Below are positions 49,506-59,014 of a stretch of DNA of 64,000 nt, one piece after another. The translations under genes and the position numbers were made by a program. The first letter of the stretch is position 1; each line of letters starts with the position of its first letter. Origin of the DNA: a virus. The notes under the pieces are model-generated. The model saw nothing but the letters and a program-made list of their open reading frames with translations, was not told where the DNA came from and made no database searches. Location: the IMG/VR virus record IMGVR_UViG_3300007513_000009. The stretch is one strand, 5' to 3'.

Positions 49506-50747
49506 ATGAATATACTTTTATTTGCGTCAGACAAAAAATATGTGAACTATTTGAAAAATGTTCATAACGAATTACTTAGTAGGAATCATAATTCATTTTT
49601 TTTATATACAGAATCGGAAATTACTAGTACTGATTTATCTCAATATTCTTATGATTATAAAGAGGAAGTTGACTTATCTAAGGGGATATTATCAAAATCA
49701 TTATTCAATATACATTTACCATTTGTGCCAGAAATTCTTTTTTTGGCAAGGGAGAGATGGGAACCTGAGCAAAGTATAATAAAAGAGTTTAAGGAGATTT
49801 TTAATACAAAGGTTGTTTTACTTGAATTAAATACTAATTTGTTTCAAACATATGAAAGTGTTTTAGAGATGTATTCTAGAAATCAATACCCACAAAATAT
49901 GTGTGATGTTTATATGGAACATAGCGATTTTGTTTTAAATAACAGAATTAATAATGGTTTTGAAAATAGTGATAAAAGTATTATAGTTGGAAATCCCAAA
50001 TACGATAATTTAAATGATTTTAAACCATATCTAGAATCAACATTACTTTTTAATAAAAAATATAATTTAGACCCTAACAAAGAAAAAATATTGTGGTTTG
50101 CCAATATAAATTTGGCGGGGGACGAATGTATGGATTTATTGAGAAAATTTGCAAAAAAGTGTGGAGATGAATATGAGATATTATATAAAGCTTTGCCTGG
50201 AGAACCATATAATCCACGGTATTCAAAATATTTCAATATTAAAAATGGTGATATTGAGTTTACGATACCAAAAGTTAAGTTGCTATGGGAAGATACAGAT
50301 TTATTTTATGCTGTTCATCTGTGTAATACTCATATTGGAATTATTACAAGTGCATCATATTTTTCTTTGATTTTGAATAAAAAATATGTAAATCTATATA
50401 GCACAATTAGTATGGATACATTTACTGATTTAGATAATTTATTTGTTAAAAATACTGACATAGCTAGTGGGGAAACTGGGATAGCTGCTGAGTTTTGGAT
50501 GAGAGTTTTTAGTTTAAATTCAGAAGATGAATTAATTAAAATAATTGATAAAGATAGAATGATAAAATTTAAAGAACATAACAATAAAATTTTAAGTATT
50601 GTTGAGAGAAACACTTTAAGTTGGGATGATAATTTTGATTTTTTAACAAAAGAAAATCCAAATAATAAGGAGTTATTGGGTATGTATGATGAATACAATG
50701 ATGGAAGGGCATCTGAAAGAATTGTAAATGAAATGGAAAAATTATGA
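49506..50747 (+). CDS. GT-B fold protein (TagF-like transferase or NeuC/WecB-like)
   Basis: VGNPKYD and terminal DGRASERIV motifs. Confidence 0.55.
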   Translation: MNILLFASDKKYVNYLKNVHNELLSRNHNSFFLYTESEITSTDLSQYSYDYKEEVDLSKGILSKSLFNIHLPFVPEILFLARERWEPEQSIIKEFKEIFNTKVVLLELNTNLFQTYESVLEMYSRNQYPQNMCDVYMEHSDFVLNNRINNGFENSDKSIIVGNPKYDNLNDFKPYLESTLLFNKKYNLDPNKEKILWFANINLAGDECMDLLRKFAKKCGDEYEILYKALPGEPYNPRYSKYFNIKNGDIEFTIPKVKLLWEDTDLFYAVHLCNTHIGIITSASYFSLILNKKYVNLYSTISMDTFTDLDNLFVKNTDIASGETGIAAEFWMRVFSLNSEDELIKIIDKDRMIKFKEHNNKILSIVERNTLSWDDNFDFLTKENPNNKELLGMYDEYNDGRASERIVNEMEKL

Positions 50748-51532
50748 AGTACAACATACATGATGGGGGAACAGGTATTGTTTATTACATAAACCATCAA
50801 ATTTATAATCGTTTTATTCGACATATTATTCATTCTAATTTATTAACCTTTTTTAATCCTGAGCGACAGATTGCTAAACGGTATGAACAGACTCTTCCTA
50901 TTATTGAGAAAGATGAATTTTATAAAGTTGGAAATTATTATTTATCTAACAAATATTCTTTATCTAATGATTCTATTGTTTATTCTCTTGGAGTGTTAAA
51001 TGACACAAATTTTGACCAGAAAGTGAGTGATGAGTATGGTTGTAATATTTTTATGTTTGATCCTTCAATTATTGCTACTGAACATATTAAAAAAATAAAT
51101 AATCCAAAATTCATTTTTCGTGAGGTAGCGGTTTGGATTGAAAAAACAACTATGAGATTTTCTTCTCCTTTGTATGGTGGTTCACCTTCAATGTTTTTAA
51201 AACATAGAGGTAAAGTGTTTGAATCCTCTTGTGAACAATTGAGTTCATTGATGGATAGTAATAACCATAATCATATTGATGTATTAAAAATGGATATAGA
51301 AGGTGCTGCTCCACCCATATTAAATGATATGTTAGATAATGAAATTTATCCTAACCAAATTATTGCAGAATTTGAAAGACCCAATAGTGCTTGTGTAGAA
51401 GAATTTTTTGATTATTATCAAAAATTAAGAAAACTAATTAATAGATTAAAATCTACGGGGTATAAAATGAGGGTTATGCCAAGAGAAAAATTTAAATATT
51501 ATGCACTTGAATTAATATTTGTAAAAGAATAG
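50744..51532 (+). CDS. FkbM/Methyltransf_21-22-like methyltransferase
   Basis: VYSLGV..D..FD, FDPS, LKMDIEG. Confidence 0.75.
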   Translation: MKYNIHDGGTGIVYYINHQIYNRFIRHIIHSNLLTFFNPERQIAKRYEQTLPIIEKDEFYKVGNYYLSNKYSLSNDSIVYSLGVLNDTNFDQKVSDEYGCNIFMFDPSIIATEHIKKINNPKFIFREVAVWIEKTTMRFSSPLYGGSPSMFLKHRGKVFESSCEQLSSLMDSNNHNHIDVLKMDIEGAAPPILNDMLDNEIYPNQIIAEFERPNSACVEEFFDYYQKLRKLINRLKSTGYKMRVMPREKFKYYALELIFVKE

Positions 51533-51540
51533 GAGAAGTT

Positions 51541-52518
51541 ATGATTGATTTTTATAAAGATAAAAAAATATTGATAACTGGTGGTACTGGTTCACTTGGT
51601 AAAGCTCTTATAAAAAGATTAAAAGAAGTTGATTGCCAGTTAATAGTTTATAGTAGAGATGAAGCAAAACAAGCATTATTATTTGGTAATGATTCAAGCA
51701 TTATTAGAGTGATTGGTGATATTAGAGATTTAGCTAAACTTAATGTTACAATGAAAAGACACAAACCTGATTATGTTATTCATACTGGAGCATTAAAAAG
51801 AGTTGATGATATGGAGTTTAATCCAGAAGAATGTGTTAAGACAAATATTCTAGGCTCAGAAAATGTAGCTATAGCATCACAGAACAATGAAGTGAAAAAA
51901 TGTATTATAATTTCAACAGATAAGGCTTGTCAACCTGTAAATGTATATGGTTCTAGTAAATTTATAGCAGAGAGAATATTTACTAATTATGATTATAATT
52001 CAGATTATACGATATTTGCTTCAGTAAGATATGGAAATGTTATTGCTAGTAGAGGTTCATTTATACCAGGATGGATGAATTTAATATCTCAGAATAAAAA
52101 GATAAAAGTTACATCAATGGATTGCACAAGGTTTTTGTTTACTTTAAGTGATGCAGTCGATACTGTGTTAAGTTCATTATACTTTGCTCAAGGTGGGGAA
52201 GTGTTTATTCCAAAGATAAATTCATTTAAAATGGAAATTGTTATCGAAGCGATAAAAAAAATATCTAAATTGGATTCAATTGAATATGATATAATTGGAA
52301 TGAGACCGGGCGAAAAATTTCATGAGGATATGTTGTGCAAAACAGAGCTAGAATTTACAATGCAACCATCGGATAAACTATTGTGTGTTTTGCCACAATA
52401 TACTCATAAGAAACATAATTACGATAAAAAATACGAAGGATTAGAATTTAATTCATCATTACATACGAATGATAATGTAGATGAATTGGTGACAATAATA
52501 AGAAGAGGATTAGAATGA
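51541..52518 (+). CDS. pseB: UDP-GlcNAc 4,6-dehydratase (PseB/FlaA1/CapD family)
   Basis: TGGTGSLG, SRDEAKQ, STDKA..PVNVYG.SK, RYGNVIASRGS, RPGEKFHE. Confidence 0.8.
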   Translation: MIDFYKDKKILITGGTGSLGKALIKRLKEVDCQLIVYSRDEAKQALLFGNDSSIIRVIGDIRDLAKLNVTMKRHKPDYVIHTGALKRVDDMEFNPEECVKTNILGSENVAIASQNNEVKKCIIISTDKACQPVNVYGSSKFIAERIFTNYDYNSDYTIFASVRYGNVIASRGSFIPGWMNLISQNKKIKVTSMDCTRFLFTLSDAVDTVLSSLYFAQGGEVFIPKINSFKMEIVIEAIKKISKLDSIEYDIIGMRPGEKFHEDMLCKTELEFTMQPSDKLLCVLPQYTHKKHNYDKKYEGLEFNSSLHTNDNVDELVTIIRRGLE

Positions 52519-53864
52519 AGTTAACACATTTACTTTCAGCAACAGTTTTAATAGAACATAAAAATACCAAAATTTTATGTGACCCTTGGTTAGAGGGTAA
52601 AGAGTATTATGGTTCTTGGAATGCCGGTGATCCGATCATTGGAGAGAAATTAGATATTGATTACAGTATGTTTGATGATGTTGATTACATCTACATATCA
52701 CATATTCATCCAGACCATATGAGTAAAACAACTTTGGATAAAATAAATAAAGATATACCTGTTTTGATTCATGAATATGATGAACAATTCGTTAAAAGTA
52801 ATTTGGAAAGGTGGGGTAGAAAAGTAATTGAATTAAAGCATGGAGAAAAGTTTCATTGTGGAGATGATTTAAATGTACATATTTTTGCGGCTGATGATTG
52901 TAATCCAGAAGTTTGTTTTAATTTTTTTGGTTGTGGTAAATCTAAAAGTATTGATGGGGGATCCACTGGAATAGATACAATGGCTGTGATAGAGAATGGT
53001 GAAAATTATATTTTGAATGTTAATGATTGTCCATATGAGTTATCTAAGTTGTGTTTGGATAGGGTGGTAAATCAATTTAATAAAATAGATTTACTTTTAG
53101 TTGGATATGCTGGTGCTGGTTCATATCCACAATGTTGGCATTATAGTGATGATGATAAGTTAAATAAATATGGAATGGATAAAAAGAATCATTTTTTAAA
53201 TATGGGGTTAGACTATATAAATCACACCAAACCAAAATATTATATGCCTTTTGCTGGGACTTATGTTTTAGGTGGTAAGTTCGCAAAGTTGGAGAGATTT
53301 AGAGTTGTTCCTACATTGGATGATGCTTTGAATTTTTATAAAAATAGGTGTGATGATTCTTTTGGTTTTTTATTAAATCCACTAAGTTATTTTGATTTAG
53401 ACACAAAAAAGACTTCATCAGAATATGTTCCAATTGATAGAGAGGAACAGATTAAATATTGCGAAGAGATTTTGATACATGACAAATATGATTACGAATA
53501 TGATGAAGAGCCAGAAGTTGGTCAGATAATGGAATTGATTCCTAAAGCTTACAAAAGATATGACCAAAAAAGAAAAGAACTTAGTTTTTCTACTGATACA
53601 AATATATATCTTTACCTTCCAAACAATAAAATGTTAAAAATATCTGCGGATGGTAGTGGTTACGATTTATTAGATAAAAGTGATTTTGATGATGAAAAGT
53701 ATGTTACATATAAAGTTGATTCAAAATTACTATATAGAATTTTAAGGGGGCCTAACTATGCACATTGGAATAATGCTGAGATAGGTTCTCATATACAATT
53801 TTCTAGAAAACCAGAGATATATGAAAGAAAACTATATTATTCAATGAACTTTTTCCATGGGTAA
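52515..53864 (+). CDS. Metallo-beta-lactamase-fold protein resembling the catalytic domain of CMP-Neu5Ac hydroxylase (no Rieske domain)
   Basis: DPWL.G...GSW, IYISHIHPDH, LNVNDC, YAGAGSYP, YMPFAG. Confidence 0.65.
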   Translation: MKLTHLLSATVLIEHKNTKILCDPWLEGKEYYGSWNAGDPIIGEKLDIDYSMFDDVDYIYISHIHPDHMSKTTLDKINKDIPVLIHEYDEQFVKSNLERWGRKVIELKHGEKFHCGDDLNVHIFAADDCNPEVCFNFFGCGKSKSIDGGSTGIDTMAVIENGENYILNVNDCPYELSKLCLDRVVNQFNKIDLLLVGYAGAGSYPQCWHYSDDDKLNKYGMDKKNHFLNMGLDYINHTKPKYYMPFAGTYVLGGKFAKLERFRVVPTLDDALNFYKNRCDDSFGFLLNPLSYFDLDTKKTSSEYVPIDREEQIKYCEEILIHDKYDYEYDEEPEVGQIMELIPKAYKRYDQKRKELSFSTDTNIYLYLPNNKMLKISADGSGYDLLDKSDFDDEKYVTYKVDSKLLYRILRGPNYAHWNNAEIGSHIQFSRKPEIYERKLYYSMNFFHG

Positions 53865-53867
53865 ATT

Positions 53868-54938
53868 ATGAAAGCATTCCAACCTACCATAACTAATAAA
53901 GATATACAATCTGTAACTGATGTATTAGCTGAAGGAAATATTGCCTTCGGTTCAAATGTAAATGTTTTTGAAGAGAGATTTTCTGAATATTCTAATAAAA
54001 AATATAACATAGGTTTAAATTCAGCATCATCTGCGTCTTATTGTTTGTTTGCTTATCTATATGATAAGTATGGTTCTTGTGATGTATATACACCATCAAT
54101 AGGTTTTACTTCACCTGCATGGGCTGCTAAAAAGAATAATCATAATGTATATTTTATTGATGTTGATGATAATTTGTTAGTTGATTATGAATCTTATTGG
54201 AATGTTAGAAAGTGGCATTTGGAGAGACAATTTAATAGTACATTTAATAAATCTGTCTTTATGCCTGTATTGTATGGTGGTGTAAGTAATATAGATGGTT
54301 TGATTAAAAGAGTTAGGGATACTAATTGGGGTGATATAATAGTAGTGGATTCTGCTCATTGTATTGAACCAACGATAGAATCAGATTACATATTTTTTTC
54401 ATTCCATCCAGTAAAACCATTGTCTATGAGTAGTGGTGGGATGTTGTCAACTGATGATATGGGTGCTTATGATTATATTTCTAAGTATAGAAATTTTGGC
54501 AGAGAGAATGTCGGTGATTCATATAATATAGTAGATAATGGATTTAAATTTTATATGGATAATTTAAATGCTACATTGGGTATATCACAACTTGATACTT
54601 GTTTTGAAAATATAAAAATTAGAAAAAAGAACTTGAATTATTTAAAGAAAAATATTAAAGTGGGGGTTGGTTTTTTTACAAAACATGATGAAAAATCTTC
54701 TTATTATTTGGGAACTTTAATTCTTCAAATTAGCTCAAAGGATTTGAGAAAGAGATTGCGAGATAATGGGTGTGCCGCTGATTTTGCTTATCCATTTTTA
54801 CATAAAACAAAATTTTGGGGAGGTAAACAACAATTATCTAATACTGAAAGTTTATATGATAGAATAATAAATTTACCAATTCATCAAAATTTAACTAAAG
54901 ATGATTTAGATAAAATAATAGAGGTTGTTAATGGATAG
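53868..54938 (+). CDS. DegT/DnrJ/EryC1/StrS PLP aminotransferase (PseC-like)
   Basis: VDSAH, FSFHPVKP (PLP lysine), GGML, LPIH. Confidence 0.85.
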   Translation: MKAFQPTITNKDIQSVTDVLAEGNIAFGSNVNVFEERFSEYSNKKYNIGLNSASSASYCLFAYLYDKYGSCDVYTPSIGFTSPAWAAKKNNHNVYFIDVDDNLLVDYESYWNVRKWHLERQFNSTFNKSVFMPVLYGGVSNIDGLIKRVRDTNWGDIIVVDSAHCIEPTIESDYIFFSFHPVKPLSMSSGGMLSTDDMGAYDYISKYRNFGRENVGDSYNIVDNGFKFYMDNLNATLGISQLDTCFENIKIRKKNLNYLKKNIKVGVGFFTKHDEKSSYYLGTLILQISSKDLRKRLRDNGCAADFAYPFLHKTKFWGGKQQLSNTESLYDRIINLPIHQNLTKDDLDKIIEVVNG

Positions 54939-55995
54939 AACATTTATTGTAGCAGATGTTGGTGCTAATCATAACAGAGATTTGGTTCAGGCCATGAGAC
55001 TTATAGATGTGGCTGTTGATGCAAAGGTTGATGCTGTAAAGTTTCAGACTTATTCTTCGGAAACATTATATTCTAAATATACTCCTGATTTTGCTGGATA
55101 TGAAAATATTACTAAATTAATAAAAGATATAGAGATGCCAAGGGATTGGCATAAAGTGTTAAAGTCTAAATGTGACGATAGTGGAATTGAATTTATGTCA
55201 ACACCATTTGATGAGAAAGCTGTAGATGAATTGTTTGAGTTGGGGGTGAAAAGATTTAAGATAGCTGGATTTGAATGCACTGATCCAAGATTTGTAAAAT
55301 ATGTTGCATCTACAAAATTACCACTTATTATTTCATTGGGTATCGGAACTAATGTAGATACTTTATTTAAAATTCAAAGGTGGATATTAGATTTGGATGA
55401 GGTGTTGGAAGTGCATTTAGGTACTTATGATTTTAGTGATAATCCAGATATAACTTACTTACATTGTAATAACGCTTATCCTACACCAATGGAAGATATA
55501 AATCTTGGACAAATGAAATCTATGAAATCTTATTGTGATTATCATAAGTGGTTTGCTAATACCAAAATTGGTTTGTCTGATCATACTGAGGGTATATTGA
55601 TACCACCTATTGCTGTATCTATGGGTGCAGAAGTTATTGAAAAACATTTTACTTTAGATAGAAGTTTATCAGGTCCAGACCATTCTTTTGCTATAGAGCC
55701 AAATGAATTAAAAGAGATGGTTAGGAATATCAGATTAGTTGAATCATCGATGGGTGAGAAAAAAACAAAGTATACGGATAGTGAAGAGGATTTTAGTATG
55801 GCTAGAAGATCTGTTGTGGCTAAAAGGGATATTCTTATGGGTAGTGTATTAACGGAAGAAAATATAACTACTAAAAGACCTTTACTTAAAAATTCAATTT
55901 CGGCAACGAAATATTTTGACATAATCGGAAAACAAATTAATGTTGATGTCAAAGAAGATGAAATAATATTAAAGGATATGATTTATTATGGTTAG
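54931..55995 (+). CDS. Nonulosonic acid synthase (NeuB/PseI family) with SAF domain
   Basis: GANHN, KFQTY, STPFD, LHC..AYP, GLSDHT, IEKHFTLD, GPDH, RRS. Confidence 0.92.
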   Translation: MDRTFIVADVGANHNRDLVQAMRLIDVAVDAKVDAVKFQTYSSETLYSKYTPDFAGYENITKLIKDIEMPRDWHKVLKSKCDDSGIEFMSTPFDEKAVDELFELGVKRFKIAGFECTDPRFVKYVASTKLPLIISLGIGTNVDTLFKIQRWILDLDEVLEVHLGTYDFSDNPDITYLHCNNAYPTPMEDINLGQMKSMKSYCDYHKWFANTKIGLSDHTEGILIPPIAVSMGAEVIEKHFTLDRSLSGPDHSFAIEPNELKEMVRNIRLVESSMGEKKTKYTDSEEDFSMARRSVVAKRDILMGSVLTEENITTKRPLLKNSISATKYFDIIGKQINVDVKEDEIILKDMIYYG

Positions 55996-56521
55996 AGGAA
56001 AGAAAGTATATCTCTCATCACTTGAAAGAGAGAATCTTGAGCAATTAAGACAATGGAGAAATTTACCAGAACTTAGAAAATACTTTAGAGAGTACAAAGA
56101 GATAGCAAAAGAAAATCAATCTAAGTGGTATGAAAATAGAGTTTTGAATAACAATGAGCAAGTTGATTTTGAAATTCATGATAATGAAACTGGCAAGCTG
56201 ATTGGACATTGTGGTTTATATTATATAGAGTGGTTACATAGTTACGCTGAATTCGGCATTTATATTGGTGACGATGATTTTCGTGGTGGTGGATATGGTT
56301 CTGATACTTTACGAGCATTGATTGGTTATGGATTTAATGATTTAAACTTAAATAAAATTTGGTGTGAGGTTTATGATAATAATGAGGCATTGGAAATGTA
56401 TAAGCATGTTGGTTTTGTTTATGAGGGTAAGATGAGGCAAAATTATTTTAATGAAGGCCGCTATTGGGATTCACACATACTTAGCATGTTAAGAGATGAG
56501 TATTATGAAAAATATAAATGA
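55988..56521 (+). CDS. GNAT N-acetyltransferase (PseH-like)
   Basis: WRN.PE, FRGGGYG, LNLNKIWCEV...N, GF..EG. Confidence 0.8.
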   Translation: MVRGKKVYLSSLERENLEQLRQWRNLPELRKYFREYKEIAKENQSKWYENRVLNNNEQVDFEIHDNETGKLIGHCGLYYIEWLHSYAEFGIYIGDDDFRGGGYGSDTLRALIGYGFNDLNLNKIWCEVYDNNEALEMYKHVGFVYEGKMRQNYFNEGRYWDSHILSMLRDEYYEKYK

Positions 56522-57200
56522 TGTTTGTGTCATAGTGCAAGCTAGATTAGGTTCTCAAAGGATACCAAAGAAGATGATTAAACCATTTGCTGGTTCTACA
56601 TTGTTGGATATATTATTTGAGAAGTTAAATAAATCTAAAGTTATACCAAAAAGTAATATTCATTTTTCGGTGTATGATGATGAGCTGGAAGAGATTGGCA
56701 GAAAACATAAATTAAACATATATCATCGTTCAGAAAAATCTGCTAAATCGGAAGGTGATCCTCTTTATGAAATATTTGAATGGTTTGATGAATTGCCATA
56801 TAAGTATTTTATAATTGTTAGTGCATGTAATCCTTTGTTGAGGATAGAGACAATTGATAACTTTTTTACTAAGTTTATAGAATCCGATAAAGAAGGTTGT
56901 TTTGGTGTGTTTGAGAAAAAAACTTATTATTGGAATAAAGATGGCAAAGCTATAACTGATTGGAAAGGTTCTACAAGATTAAACAGTAAATTTATAGATC
57001 CGATATTTGAAGCGGCACATTGTCTATATGCTAGTAGAATGGATATAGTAGGTGACAATTTTTATATGGATACTAAATCACCTATAGAGCCAGAATTATT
57101 TGTTATGGATGAGTTAGAAACATTTGACATTGACTATCAATGGCAATTTGAAATAGGAGAGGTTATGTATGGAAAAGATAACATTTTGTATACCGAGTAA
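56505..57200 (+). CDS. Acylneuraminate cytidylyltransferase (NeuA/PseF family)
   Basis: QARLGSQRIPKK.IKPFAG, CNPL, FDID. Confidence 0.85.
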   Translation: MKNINDVCVIVQARLGSQRIPKKMIKPFAGSTLLDILFEKLNKSKVIPKSNIHFSVYDDELEEIGRKHKLNIYHRSEKSAKSEGDPLYEIFEWFDELPYKYFIIVSACNPLLRIETIDNFFTKFIESDKEGCFGVFEKKTYYWNKDGKAITDWKGSTRLNSKFIDPIFEAAHCLYASRMDIVGDNFYMDTKSPIEPELFVMDELETFDIDYQWQFEIGEVMYGKDNILYTE

Positions 57201-58359
57201 GTCTAACTTACGGTATTTAAAGACTTGTATTCCATCTATAAGGAAAAATGCTTATAGAGATGATCATGATATAATTGTATTTGTTGATGAAGATAATGAT
57301 GGAACTATAGAGTGGCTGGATTCGGTAAAAGATGAATATAATTTTACTTATTCAGTAAATAATACAGATGGGTTATATGGAATAGGTAGAGCTTATGATT
57401 TTTGTGTAGAGAATTCCACCACAGATATATTTATGATATTTCATGCAGATATGATGTTAGGGAAATATGCGGACTTAAAGGCTTTTAACCACCTGAAGAA
57501 AAAGACTGTGGTTTGTTCAACTCGCATAGAGCCACCAATTCATCCAAATGCTGGAGAAAAGATTTTGGAAGATTTTGGGATGTGGCCAGAGGAGTTCAAA
57601 GAGACTGAGTTTGATGAGTATGTGACTGAACATTTGGAAGATGATAAGATAACTAATGGTATCTTTGCACCTTGGATGATGTACAAAGATGAGTTCCTTA
57701 AGATAGGTGGTCATGATTATATGTTTCGCTCGGCAAGAGAAGATAGTGATGTATTCAATAGACTGTATTTGGCTGGTTTTGAGTTCATACAGCCCTGGAA
57801 TAGTTTGGTTTATCATTTAACTGGTAGGGGTGGACAATTTCAACATGGTAAGATAACTCAGGAACATTCACAAAAAAGTGAAGAGTGGCAAAAGTTAATG
57901 AATAATTCAACAAAGGAGTTTATTCGTAAGTGGGGAACACAAGTTAAACACACACCATTGATGTTACCAATTGTTGCACCAAAGTACGACATTGGTTTTA
58001 AAGCTATGAATTGTAATATGGAGTTATTGAGAGCATTAGAACCGTGGTGTAGTAAGATATATTTAGATACTGGTTCAGATTATATGCATGATTATAAAAA
58101 AGAAGAACAACCTAATAGTGATTTTGATATAGATGAAAAAATAAAATTGTATGGAAATGCTGATTTAACAAAATATCATGATATTGTGGTAGAATTTGAT
58201 TGTAGAGAATTGACTAATGAAAAATTTCAAATTTTAACTAATCTATCTGAAATGCTGAAAGATTCTGGAGAAATTGGTGAAATGGAATATGATATTTTTA
58301 AATTTAAAATTAAGTCGTTAGACACATATGAAAAAGATTATGTTGTTTATGTAGAATAG
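57169..58359 (+). CDS. Glycosyltransferase, GT2 family
   Basis: FCIPS, DEDNDGT, HADM, REDSD, VYHLTGRG. Confidence 0.8.
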   Translation: MEKITFCIPSKSNLRYLKTCIPSIRKNAYRDDHDIIVFVDEDNDGTIEWLDSVKDEYNFTYSVNNTDGLYGIGRAYDFCVENSTTDIFMIFHADMMLGKYADLKAFNHLKKKTVVCSTRIEPPIHPNAGEKILEDFGMWPEEFKETEFDEYVTEHLEDDKITNGIFAPWMMYKDEFLKIGGHDYMFRSAREDSDVFNRLYLAGFEFIQPWNSLVYHLTGRGGQFQHGKITQEHSQKSEEWQKLMNNSTKEFIRKWGTQVKHTPLMLPIVAPKYDIGFKAMNCNMELLRALEPWCSKIYLDTGSDYMHDYKKEEQPNSDFDIDEKIKLYGNADLTKYHDIVVEFDCRELTNEKFQILTNLSEMLKDSGEIGEMEYDIFKFKIKSLDTYEKDYVVYVE

Positions 58360-58389
58360 GTTATATTTATAAGTGTAATAGGAGTTATA

Positions 58390-58617
58390 ATGGACAAATT
58401 AGGTTTATATATTAATAATTTAATGATGACAATTGTAGACAAAGAAGAGAAGTTTTTTTTAAGAAAACTTGCCTTTGAAGAATTGTTTAAATTAAAATCG
58501 GATACATCGGATTTTTTGGCAAGATATGTTGATGAGTTTGATGGGATACCCGATGAATTAAAAAGGGAAGAAAACAAAAAACAATTATTGTTTGAATTTG
58601 GAGAAAATAAAGAATGA
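58390..58617 (+). CDS. Hypothetical protein
   Basis: GGAG RBS, ATATTTAT motif upstream. Confidence 0.6.
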   Translation: MDKLGLYINNLMMTIVDKEEKFFLRKLAFEELFKLKSDTSDFLARYVDEFDGIPDELKREENKKQLLFEFGENKE

Positions 58618-58799
58618 AAGAACAATTAGATAAAATCAGAAAAGCTGTTGATGGAATATATGATGTGTTGAATGTAACATTATATAAAAAATCTGGTGGG
58701 AATACCAGTAAAGATGCCGTTAATCCATCTGAATTAGTAACACCTTATTTACAGGATATTGCAAATAAATTGAGACAATTAGAGGAGATGGGACAATGA
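58614..58799 (+). CDS. Hypothetical protein
   Basis: ATGA overlaps on both sides. Confidence 0.55.
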   Translation: MKEQLDKIRKAVDGIYDVLNVTLYKKSGGNTSKDAVNPSELVTPYLQDIANKLRQLEEMGQ

Positions 58800-59014
58800 A
58801 TGATCCAGCACAAGATAGATATGATCCGCCACCCCTGGGAAGTGATTGGGAAGAGGATTTCTTTTCAGAAATAAATACTGGTGTTATTTTTAGATTATTT
58901 CCTAATAGTCGAGATAAGCAATATCGTAAAAGTAGTGATAATTTTGCGACTGATTTGAAAGAGCAAGTTGAAGTACAATTTCCTTCACAGGAAAAAGTAT
59001 ATGTCAAGTCGTAG
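58796..59014 (+). CDS. Hypothetical protein
   Basis: ATGA overlap, GGAG RBS. Confidence 0.55.
   Translation: MNDPAQDRYDPPPLGSDWEEDFFSEINTGVIFRLFPNSRDKQYRKSSDNFATDLKEQVEVQFPSQEKVYVKS

Noticed and set aside
42120-58617. Shared KKQLL near the C-termini of small proteins 42120..42266 and 58390..58617
   Set aside because: Five residues in Lys/Leu-rich proteins is too short to distinguish from chance
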